Below are positions 8,065 to 15,931 of a DNA stretch of 64,000 nucleotides, piece by piece. The DNA is from an uncultured Gammaproteobacteria bacterium. GTDB lineage: Bacteria; Patescibacteriota; Patescibacteriia; Patescibacteriales; WJLG01. The stretch is taken from NCBI GenBank assembly GCA_964395625.1, contig CAYNAR010000001.1, forward strand, positions 19-64,018, given 5' to 3'. The first letter of the stretch is position 1. Each line of letters starts with the position of its first letter. A program made the position numbers and the translations under genes. Under the pieces are notes generated by a model that saw only the letters and a program-made list of their open reading frames with translations, did no database searches and was not told where the DNA came from.

Positions 8065-8214
8065 ACATTTTAGCAAAAAACACCGTTTAAAAGACGCTCG
8101 ATTTTTTTCCTGCGAAAAAATCTCGCTCTCGTCCTCGCCGAAATTTTCGTTATTAAGCGAATCCAAGCAATTTCGGCTCCGGAAGCTTTTAAACGGCGTT
8201 TTTGCTAAAAAGTA
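8065..8214. other. About 150-bp inverted-repeat element predicted to fold as a three-way junction (candidate sRNA or MITE-like element)
   Basis: Outer arms ttagcaaaaaacaccgtttaaaag (8070-8093) and cttttaaacggcgtttttgctaa (8186-8208) pair over about 23 bp. Inner hairpins are gattttttt/gaaaaaatc (about 8099-8121, within the extended H1 stem at 8095-8127) and a perfect 9-bp gccgaaatt/aatttcggc (8137-8177). The element lies between a terminator and the 8232 promoter. Confidence 0.5.
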
Positions 8215-8231
8215 GCTAGACCATCCGTCTA

Positions 8232-8260
8232 TTGACAAAATTTCTTTTTTATGATATTAT
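8232..8260 (+). promoter_or_regulatory. Sigma70 promoter
   Basis: TTGACA (8232-8237), 17-nt spacer, TATTAT (8255-8260), 36 nt upstream of the ATG at 8296. Confidence 0.65.
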
Positions 8261-8295
8261 ATTAAGATTTATTAAACGTAATTTTTATATCTTTT

Positions 8296-10788
8296 ATGAG
8301 TATTATGACTAGAAAAAAAATTACAGTGTTCATGGCTCCAATGTTTTTAATTTTGGTGGCCGTTTTTTTTAACTGGACACTGATCACTTCTCCGGAAAAG
8401 GCCTCAGCCTTGGCCGCCACTAATTTGATAAACGGCGGAGGTTTTGAGGGCAATATCGATACTGATTGGATATTGTGGAATAATAATTCCTCGAGAGAAT
8501 ATCAATTGTCTCGTTCTTACGGTTTTCAGAATATGCCGACTGGCCTCGGTTCCTATTCGGCTCTGATAAGCGCCGAAGGAACTTCCGGTGATCGTTGGCA
8601 GACTGGAATTTCATCGAAGAAGGCTTTCGTTTTGGAAGCTAATAAAGATTATTACTTAACTTTCTATGCCAAGTCGCAGAATTCTCCTTTAGAAATTTTG
8701 GCGTATCTCAATGATGGCAGTGCTCCGACGACTGAAATAATCACCGTCACTATCGGTACCGATTGGGAGAAACACACCATCGCTTTCACTCCGACCAAGG
8801 GAGGTCAATCGTATTTCAGTTTCGTATTCGGCGATATGTCGGCCGGGTCGTTTATTATGGACGGCGTTGGATTGTATAAATCCGACATCAAGATTAGCAA
8901 TCCTGAAGTGAGAGGCTATATCGGCACCGAAGCCAGATTATCGGTTACCGGATTAGAGATGCTTTCAGCTAAAGAACTTAAAGTCGAGTTGCCGTATTTC
9001 GATTCTGTCAGTGGCGAGAAAAAGACTATTCAAATAGCTCCTAAAAAGATAGAGAACGGTTATATAACTTTTGATTTTCAATCCGGGACATATGCCGGAG
9101 TCGGTAAGATAATCGCTAACAACGAAGAGGTTGGTCTATTCAATTACAATGTTCAAATAAAATTGACCGCCATTCATCCCGAAGTAGTGCGCGCCGATGA
9201 GAGTATAACTATAGTCGGCACCGGTTTTCATCCGGACATCGCCAATAATGTCTACGTGATAATGAAGGCTGTGGATGTCGCCGGTAAGAATTATGAGCAT
9301 TGGGCCAAGCCGACGGTCATTGATTCGGCCTTGACTCAGATAACCGTCGCGACTCCTAACGGTATCATCCCCGATTCTTTGAGTGTCAGGGTTTCCTATG
9401 CCGACAAGGATAACGAGGTTAAGATAAACAAATCCAACTCTTTGGCCTATAAAGTCAAACCGGTCATTTACAGTGTCACTTGGAGCAAGAGCGGTTACGA
9501 TCAGGTGGGAGATAAGCTTAAGATATCCGGTAAAGGCTTAGGTTATCGCCCGAAAGTCATATTCTATGACATGAGCGACAAACAGATAGACTTCAAAGTC
9601 GGACAAATGACGGAAGTTTCCGATTCGGAATATGTCGAGGTCGTGTCCACTTCCAAAGTCAATCAATACAAGATAGCTGTCGCTGTCGGCAATATCGAGT
9701 CCGATGCTGCCAATATGGTCGAGTATGTAGCCAAACCAAAATTGCAATCAATAGCGACTTCATACGCTCGCGCCGAACAGAACAACAGAATCCAAGCGGC
9801 TAAAGTCGGCGATATCATAACTTTGAATGGAACAGGATTTTCTTCTTATAGTACTTCCGTAGAATTTTCCGGCATCAATTCCACAAGAGTGAGAGTCGGC
9901 ATCCCGACCGGAGACATTTCCGTCGGTGGCGGATCTCTTAAGGTTCAAGTCCCGGCCGGCGCCGTGAACGGTTATGTTGGCGTCGTGGTTAATGGACAAA
10001 CCTCTAACTACTTGTCCTTGGAAATAATTCCGACGATAGTAAGCTATAGTCCGGAAAATATGACTTCCGAATCGAGTATGACTATCGTCGCTTCCGGAGT
10101 CGGAACGGATCTTGATAAGATTACCGTCAACTTCGCGGCCAATGGCCAAAAGGACAGCGTCAAACCGCGCAGTGTCACTCATAGCGGAGGATATGCCAAT
10201 ATTTCTTTAACCACTCCGGCTTTAATCGCTAAGAATAGTGTCCTGTCTTTAACCTATGATAATTGGAGTTCTACGGTTAGTGCCATAGCCAACATCCGTC
10301 CGAATATCAAGAGTGCAGGTTTCAATGAAGACACTAAGATACTAACTATCAAAGGTAGTGGTTTCTCCAGCTTGATGAAAGACAATCAGATAACATATAT
10401 GTATGCTGACGCCGCCAAGACAGTCATAACTCCGAAGGCTAAGGTGCTAGGCATCTTCCAGACTGTCGATGGTCAAGAGATAAGAATACAGATCAGTGAT
10501 AATTATCATTACGGCTACGTGACCGTGACTTCCGGTGGAATAATCTCCAACGAAGCTCAGTTCGGTCCGGTCAATGTGACCAGAATCGCTCGTCGCGTCG
10601 AGTACGTCAAAGCCGATTCTCAGGTTATGGGAGTGCTTTACATCTCCGGTTACAATCTCGGCAAGAGGGGTGGTGTGAGAGTGGGCGATGTCTGGGCCAA
10701 TGTCCATTATCGCGACGACTTCTTCATAATCGCCGTAGTGCCTCAATCCGATACCAATAAGAATCCGGTCGTCGTGGCTCGCGAATAG
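8296..10788 (+). CDS. Large surface protein with an N-terminal anchor, a CBM4/9-like module and an array of IPT/TIG-like Ig domains
   Basis: 830 aa. TM segment ITVFMAPMFLILVAVFF. LINGGGFEG...W..W motif typical of CBM_4_9. Repeated TIG-style strands: ITIVGTGF, LKISGKGLG, ITLNGTGFS, LTIKGSGFS, YISGYNLG. Confidence 0.65.
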   Translation: MSIMTRKKITVFMAPMFLILVAVFFNWTLITSPEKASALAATNLINGGGFEGNIDTDWILWNNNSSREYQLSRSYGFQNMPTGLGSYSALISAEGTSGDRWQTGISSKKAFVLEANKDYYLTFYAKSQNSPLEILAYLNDGSAPTTEIITVTIGTDWEKHTIAFTPTKGGQSYFSFVFGDMSAGSFIMDGVGLYKSDIKISNPEVRGYIGTEARLSVTGLEMLSAKELKVELPYFDSVSGEKKTIQIAPKKIENGYITFDFQSGTYAGVGKIIANNEEVGLFNYNVQIKLTAIHPEVVRADESITIVGTGFHPDIANNVYVIMKAVDVAGKNYEHWAKPTVIDSALTQITVATPNGIIPDSLSVRVSYADKDNEVKINKSNSLAYKVKPVIYSVTWSKSGYDQVGDKLKISGKGLGYRPKVIFYDMSDKQIDFKVGQMTEVSDSEYVEVVSTSKVNQYKIAVAVGNIESDAANMVEYVAKPKLQSIATSYARAEQNNRIQAAKVGDIITLNGTGFSSYSTSVEFSGINSTRVRVGIPTGDISVGGGSLKVQVPAGAVNGYVGVVVNGQTSNYLSLEIIPTIVSYSPENMTSESSMTIVASGVGTDLDKITVNFAANGQKDSVKPRSVTHSGGYANISLTTPALIAKNSVLSLTYDNWSSTVSAIANIRPNIKSAGFNEDTKILTIKGSGFSSLMKDNQITYMYADAAKTVITPKAKVLGIFQTVDGQEIRIQISDNYHYGYVTVTSGGIISNEAQFGPVNVTRIARRVEYVKADSQVMGVLYISGYNLGKRGGVRVGDVWANVHYRDDFFIIAVVPQSDTNKNPVVVARE

Positions 10789-10903
10789 ATTTTCCCCAAT
10801 TCATATAACAAAAGAGCGTTTCCTGCAAAAGGAGCGCTTTTTTGTTTGGCGCGATTCTTTATAAGTGCTATAATTGGAATATAAGCTTAATAAAATTTAA
10901 ACT

Positions 10904-11941
10904 ATGAACAAAAAAATCATTGCCATTGGTTTGGCGGTTTTGGTTATCGTAGGCGGAGCTATTTCCGTGAAAGTGCTTACGGGGGGTCAGAAAAAAGTTG
11001 AAGGACCCTCTCCGGTCGTTATTGGTATCTCTCAAGGAAGTACCGTCGAGGAGCGTTGGAAGACCGATTGTGAATTATTCACTAAGAGGGCTAAAGAGTT
11101 GAACGCTGTAGTTAAGCATGTTATTTCGGACAACGATGTCGAGAAACAGATTTCTCAAATTGAGGGCTTGATCAAAGATGGCGTCAAAGTCATTGTCGTC
11201 ATTCCCTCCGATTCTGAAAAATTGGCTCCAGCTATCGCCAAAGCTCGAGAGGCTGGTGTGAAGATTATCGCCTATGATCGTTTGATTAAGAATAGTGATT
11301 TGGATTTTTACATATCTTTCGATAATGTGGCCGTCGGACAGATGGAAGCCGAGAGTATTTTAGCAAGGGTAAGTAAGGGGAAATTCGCCTATATCGGAGG
11401 TTCACCGACCGATAACAACGCCTTCCTGGTCAAAGATGGCTCTATGGCGGTGTTGAAGCCGAAGATACAGAGCGGAGATATTAAGTTGGTCGTCGATAAG
11501 TATATGAACAATTGGAGTCCTGAAGAGGCTTATACCACCATCAAGGAATATTTGGCTACCGGCGGAGAACTCGATGCTGTCGTAGCGGCCAATGATGGTA
11601 CCGCCTCCGGTGTCATCAAGGCTTTGACCGAGAAAGGTTTAGCTGGCAAAATACCGGTCTCCGGTCAGGATGCCGATTTAGCGGCTTGCCAGAGAATTGT
11701 GGCCGGTACGCAAACCTCTACCGTCTATAAGCCTATTAAAGCTTTGGCCGATAAGGCTGCTGAAATGGCTTTCGTCATCGCGAATGGTCGCAAGGCTGAG
11801 ACCAATAGCTTGGTCAACAATGGGAAGATCGATGTCTCTTCATACTTGATACAACCAACGATCGTCGATAAGGATAACATCGACGAGACGGTTATTAAGG
11901 ATGGTTTTCATACGCGCGAGAGTGTTTACGGACAAAACTAA
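10904..11941 (+). CDS. xylF: D-xylose-type sugar ABC transporter substrate-binding protein (XylF-like), membrane-anchored
   Basis: 345 aa. Long collinear similarity to E. coli XylF as I recall it: ERW..D...F.K.A; IIAYDRLI; DFYISFDN; GGSPTDNNA; SGQDADLAACQRIVAGTQTSTVYKPI; TVIKDGFH. Confidence 0.85.
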   Translation: MNKKIIAIGLAVLVIVGGAISVKVLTGGQKKVEGPSPVVIGISQGSTVEERWKTDCELFTKRAKELNAVVKHVISDNDVEKQISQIEGLIKDGVKVIVVIPSDSEKLAPAIAKAREAGVKIIAYDRLIKNSDLDFYISFDNVAVGQMEAESILARVSKGKFAYIGGSPTDNNAFLVKDGSMAVLKPKIQSGDIKLVVDKYMNNWSPEEAYTTIKEYLATGGELDAVVAANDGTASGVIKALTEKGLAGKIPVSGQDADLAACQRIVAGTQTSTVYKPIKALADKAAEMAFVIANGRKAETNSLVNNGKIDVSSYLIQPTIVDKDNIDETVIKDGFHTRESVYGQN

Positions 11942-11972
11942 TCTTTGCTTCGTATAGTTTAAAGTGCCTCAT

Positions 11973-12004
11973 ATCGCCAACCTTTGTTAAGGTTGGCGAT
12001 TTTG
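11973..12004 (+). terminator. Rho-independent terminator
   Basis: Perfect 10-bp stem atcgccaacc / ggttggcgat followed by a T-run. Confidence 0.85.
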
Positions 12005-12114
12005 TTGACAGTATGACTTTTGTGTGTTTAATTTATATAGTATTGTCTTCGTTATGATTGTTTTTTTAGACAATAAATCGTTCTTTGATAATTAAAACAA
12101 ACAGAGGAGGTTCT

Positions 12115-13320
12115 ATGTTTAAATGGTTGTTTTGGTTTGGCCTGTTGATTGTTTTTGTAGTCGGTTGCGCTAAGCCGAATTATTTGGAAGAGGATGAATA
12201 TGTGATAATCTCTGAGCCGGAGAATAAAAACGATAGTACTAAGATTAAGAAAGACACTAGCAGTACTGTTTTGGTTGATGGTGAAGGGAAATTGTATTTC
12301 GATATCGATTTGAACGATTTGAAAGTCGATTCCATAGGCGACACTAGCCTTGTCCTATCAAAAAGGAGTGCGGTTAAAGTTAACAAATTGGCATTGACTA
12401 ATTTCAGGAAGGGTAAGTCCTCTCAAGTGTATGTGGTGCTGTCGGATTCTTTGAAGAAAGAGCGGGAGTATTATTTTTTATTGAAAGATGGAAAATGTTC
12501 CGGTCAACTTTCTATTCCTGTCGGTTATAAGTATGAGATCGTGACGTATTTGAGGTATGCGGTAACTTGTCCTTGGGACACCTCATATCAATTGATAGAT
12601 GCTCCATTCTTCGCGCGCGACACTGTCGACTTCCGCTCCTTGTCCTCAGCCACTCTTGATCTGTCTTTTAAAGAAGTGACAGCTTTATCTTTTTTCTTCG
12701 AGCTTGCCAATCCGTCCGGATCTTATGTCGAAGGAGGTAAATATTATGTGCTGGAATCGGTAGGTAGAACTGGTCGTCCGGCTTTTTATCAGGGCGGAAA
12801 GCTGAAGCATTGGCTGTATATAGGTAATTTGAATGTGAATACCGCAAGCGTTCGCGTAGTGGATAGTAAGAACGACACTATAAATCTGGGGCTATCTTTT
12901 AATCTTGATACCTATGTGTCAAACAATTGTCTGGTGTCTATGGGGGACGCTAGCGTAAAGATCGGCACCATTGATTTTGATTATCAGAAGGCGCTGACCG
13001 TTGTCGATGCGGCTCCTTATTATGGCGGTATAAAGATATCCTATAATAAAACTTGCGACATCTATCCGGATTCGACGCAGAAACTTCGTATATACAAGAT
13101 GGTCGGGGCCGATAGCGTTAGAATCGATACACTCGGCACATTGACGGCTGATATAGGCTTCATTTGGTGGCATAAAAAGTCGCCGATAGAGCATTTAGAA
13201 GTCGGTAACTATGCTGTTAGGGCCGGTATTAATTTCGCTAAAGACGAGTATGATTTTAAACAAATTACGGCTTTTGCTCGTACTTTGACGGTAACCGCTT
13301 CCGATATCCCTAAACCTTAA
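12115..13320 (+). CDS. Lipoprotein of unknown function, paralogue of 23697-24659
   Basis: GAGGAGG RBS 4 nt upstream of the ATG at 12115. Lipobox FVVGC. Shares the conserved core G.KYEI...L.Y...CPWD and DTVD with the 23697-24659 product. Confidence 0.7.
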   Translation: MFKWLFWFGLLIVFVVGCAKPNYLEEDEYVIISEPENKNDSTKIKKDTSSTVLVDGEGKLYFDIDLNDLKVDSIGDTSLVLSKRSAVKVNKLALTNFRKGKSSQVYVVLSDSLKKEREYYFLLKDGKCSGQLSIPVGYKYEIVTYLRYAVTCPWDTSYQLIDAPFFARDTVDFRSLSSATLDLSFKEVTALSFFFELANPSGSYVEGGKYYVLESVGRTGRPAFYQGGKLKHWLYIGNLNVNTASVRVVDSKNDTINLGLSFNLDTYVSNNCLVSMGDASVKIGTIDFDYQKALTVVDAAPYYGGIKISYNKTCDIYPDSTQKLRIYKMVGADSVRIDTLGTLTADIGFIWWHKKSPIEHLEVGNYAVRAGINFAKDEYDFKQITAFARTLTVTASDIPKP

Positions 13321-13344
13321 CTGTTTGTCCGTACTTTTTATTAT

Positions 13345-13375
13345 CCCGTCCAAGGTTCTCTTGGGCGGGTTTTAT
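13345..13375 (+). terminator. Rho-independent terminator
   Basis: cccgtccaag / cttgggcggg stem (one G-U pair), 5-nt loop, T-run. Confidence 0.8.
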
Positions 13376-13426
13376 TTTTAAAGCGTTCTTTACTAAGTGA
13401 GAAAAATATGTTTAGATGTTAGTATT

Positions 13427-15130
13427 ATGAATGAATTAAAGGATAAAATAGTAGAAGCCATTACTAAGGCTACAGGCGTCGATTCGACCGCTCTTTTGGA
13501 ATTCGGCTCCGTGCCGGAAGGCAAAAAAGGCGATGTTTCCGTCAAGGTTTTTAGGTTGATGAAGAGTTTGGGCGGATTGCCGGATTTTGTAGTCTTAGAA
13601 ATAAAGTCTTTGAACGAAGTTAAAGACGCCGTAGTGGAAGGAGGATACATAAATCTGTTTCTGGACGACGACTTTTTATTGCGCCAAGTGAAGGCTGCTT
13701 CAGCGTCAGAATCTTCTTGCGGAAAGAAAGTTATGGTTGAGTATCTTTCGCCGAATACCAATAAGCCTCTGCATCTCGGGCATCTTCGCAACGGCTGTCT
13801 CGGCTCCTCGATGTCTAATATTTTCAAGTTCGTCGGTTGCGATGTGGTTCGTGCCAACTTGGTAAATGACAGGGGTATACATATTTGCAAGAGTATATTG
13901 GCCTGGCAGAGGTTCGGTGATGGGCAGACCCCGCAAAGCGCCGGAATGAAGGGTGATCACTTCGTCGGTAAATGGTATGTCGAATTCGCCAAGAGGTCCG
14001 AGAACGATTCGTCCTTGGACGAAGGCGCCAGAGAGCTTTTGTTGAAATGGGAGAACAACGATCCTGAAGTTTTGGAGATCTGGAGGAAGATGAACGGTTG
14101 GGTCTATGAAGGTTTCGAGGCCACTTATCGCAAAGTCGGCTTCGAATTCGACGTCTTCTATTACGAGTCGCAGGTATATAAGGCCGGCAAAGAGCTGGTT
14201 ATGCGCGGTTTGGAGGAGGGGATATTCCAAAAGAACGAGGATGGTTCTATATTCGCCGAATTGCCTCCGGATTTCGGACGGGACGAGAATGGCAATAATC
14301 GCAAAATAATAGTTTTAAGGTCCGACGGTACCAGTCTTTATGTGACGCAGGATTTATATTTGGCTGTGGCGAAGGCCTCGGATTTTGATTTGGACCGCTC
14401 CATTAACGTTGTCGGCAGTGAGCAGGATTTCCATTTCAAATGTCTATTCCATATTCTAAGTCGTTTCAAGAGCGTTAAAGTCGCCGACAACTACCATCTT
14501 TCTTATGGCATGGTCTATCTGCCGGACGGTAAAATGAAGTCTCGCGAGGGCAATGTCGTGGATATCGATATGTTCGTCGAGGACGTCAACAAGAGCGTTT
14601 TAGAGGAGATGAATAAGAAGGAGAAAGCCGATCGTCAGGTCTCCGCCGATATCATATCTTATAAGATCGCCTTGGCGGCTATAAAATTCTATCTATTGAG
14701 AGTGGGTGCTAAGCAAGACATTTATTATGATAAGAACGAGGCCATCTCCATGGAAGGCTTCACCGGCCCTTATTGCCAATACTCTTATGTTCGTGCCGCG
14801 AATATCATCAAGAAAGTCGGAGGCATCTCTGCCGGAGATGTGAACAGTCGTTTGTTTGGGAATCTTCCGGAGGATCGTTCTCTGCTCGTGGAACTGCTTT
14901 CTTTCAAGGACAGCGTCAAGCGCGCGGCAGATGATTGCAATCCGGCCTTAGTAGCTAACTACGTCTTTGCTTTGGCTAAAAAATTCAATCAGTTCTATCA
15001 CAGCTGCAATATCGTCAACGAAGAGAATGAGCAGTTGAAAAAAGCCAGATTATTCCTAGTCTCCAGTGTCGCCGAGGTCATAAAGAGGGGGTTGGAGCTT
15101 TTGGGCATAGAGACCGTCGAAGAAATGTAA
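13427..15130 (+). CDS. argS: Arginine--tRNA ligase
   Basis: Class I HIGH motif in YLSPNTNKPLHLGHLRN. KMSKS-equivalent GKMKSREGNVV. DALR-type C-terminus ending in M. The ATG at 13427 (MNELKDKI) is preferred over the upstream GTG. Confidence 0.9.
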   Translation: MNELKDKIVEAITKATGVDSTALLEFGSVPEGKKGDVSVKVFRLMKSLGGLPDFVVLEIKSLNEVKDAVVEGGYINLFLDDDFLLRQVKAASASESSCGKKVMVEYLSPNTNKPLHLGHLRNGCLGSSMSNIFKFVGCDVVRANLVNDRGIHICKSILAWQRFGDGQTPQSAGMKGDHFVGKWYVEFAKRSENDSSLDEGARELLLKWENNDPEVLEIWRKMNGWVYEGFEATYRKVGFEFDVFYYESQVYKAGKELVMRGLEEGIFQKNEDGSIFAELPPDFGRDENGNNRKIIVLRSDGTSLYVTQDLYLAVAKASDFDLDRSINVVGSEQDFHFKCLFHILSRFKSVKVADNYHLSYGMVYLPDGKMKSREGNVVDIDMFVEDVNKSVLEEMNKKEKADRQVSADIISYKIALAAIKFYLLRVGAKQDIYYDKNEAISMEGFTGPYCQYSYVRAANIIKKVGGISAGDVNSRLFGNLPEDRSLLVELLSFKDSVKRAADDCNPALVANYVFALAKKFNQFYHSCNIVNEENEQLKKARLFLVSSVAEVIKRGLELLGIETVEEM

Positions 15131-15149
15131 TTAAAATAAAAATAAAATA

Positions 15150-15794
15150 ATGTTGAAGATTTTTAAAACAAACGTCAATTTGGTGGTCAGGATTTTAGTT
15201 TTATCGGATTTTTTTCTTTTTTTCGCGACAGGTCTTTTGTCGCCGATCTATGCCGTTTTCGTTCTAGATAATATAGAAGGAGCCAGTTTGGAGGTTATTG
15301 GTTTTGCTACCGCTATATATTGGATATCTAGGGTGATTTCCGTTATACCTCTCAGTAAGTTAATGGACAGGATAAAGGGTGAGAAAGACGAGTATTATTT
15401 GATGATTCTCGGAACTTTGATTATATCTTCCATGCCTTTGTGCTATATTTTCATAGATAAGGCTTGGCAGATATACGTGGTGCAATTCTTCAATGCCGTG
15501 GCCTATTCTTTAGTCATTCCGGCTTGGCGAGTAATCTTTACTAAGAATATGGATAAGGATCGTGTCGGATATGAATGGTCCTTGGACGATGTCGGCGTCG
15601 GTATAGCTACAGCTATATCGGCTACTATAGGGTCTTTTATCGCTAGTCGCTTGGGTTTTGAGTATCTTTTTGTCTTTATATTTTTAGTTGGTTTCACTAG
15701 TGTTCTAGTGTTACTTATTCTCTATCGAGGGGAGGGTTCTTTTTTGGAATGGCTCAAGGATAGACGCAACGGGCACGGTAAGAAGGGGATTTGA
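15150..15794 (+). CDS. Six-TM membrane protein, MFS-like half-size transporter
   Basis: 214 aa with six hydrophobic segments and an MFS-like loop motif (LSKLMDRIKGEK) between TM2 and TM3. Confidence 0.45.
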   Translation: MLKIFKTNVNLVVRILVLSDFFLFFATGLLSPIYAVFVLDNIEGASLEVIGFATAIYWISRVISVIPLSKLMDRIKGEKDEYYLMILGTLIISSMPLCYIFIDKAWQIYVVQFFNAVAYSLVIPAWRVIFTKNMDKDRVGYEWSLDDVGVGIATAISATIGSFIASRLGFEYLFVFIFLVGFTSVLVLLILYRGEGSFLEWLKDRRNGHGKKGI

Positions 15795-15931
15795 CGACTC
15801 TTATTTTTTATGCTATTATAGAAAAACACATAGAGCCCGTTTGGCGTTTGTTTAATATTTTTTGCTAAAGTAAGACAAAAATCATTGAAAACGACCTTAT
15901 TCCGGGTCGTTATTATTATTTTTTGAAAAAA

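Noticed and set aside
8026-8238. A 70-aa minus-strand ORF across the inverted-repeat element.
   Set aside because: It has no RBS, spans a terminator and a promoter, and its sequence is dictated by the hairpin arms. It is treated as spurious.
13321-13426. Considered T-box leaders upstream of argS (13321-13426) and proS (27267-27381).
   Set aside because: The spacers are only about 100-115 nt and consist of a terminator from the upstream gene plus AT-rich promoter DNA. There is no specifier-loop architecture and no conserved T-box (GGUGGUACCGCG-like) sequence.
15150-15794. Considered a truncated MFS transporter pseudogene, since it has only six TM helices and 214 aa.
   Set aside because: The ORF is intact and has a clean stop. 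The next gene's regulatory region follows it directly, and the downstream frames hold no remnant of a second MFS half. It could be a genuine half-size transporter, so it is kept as a CDS with low confidence.
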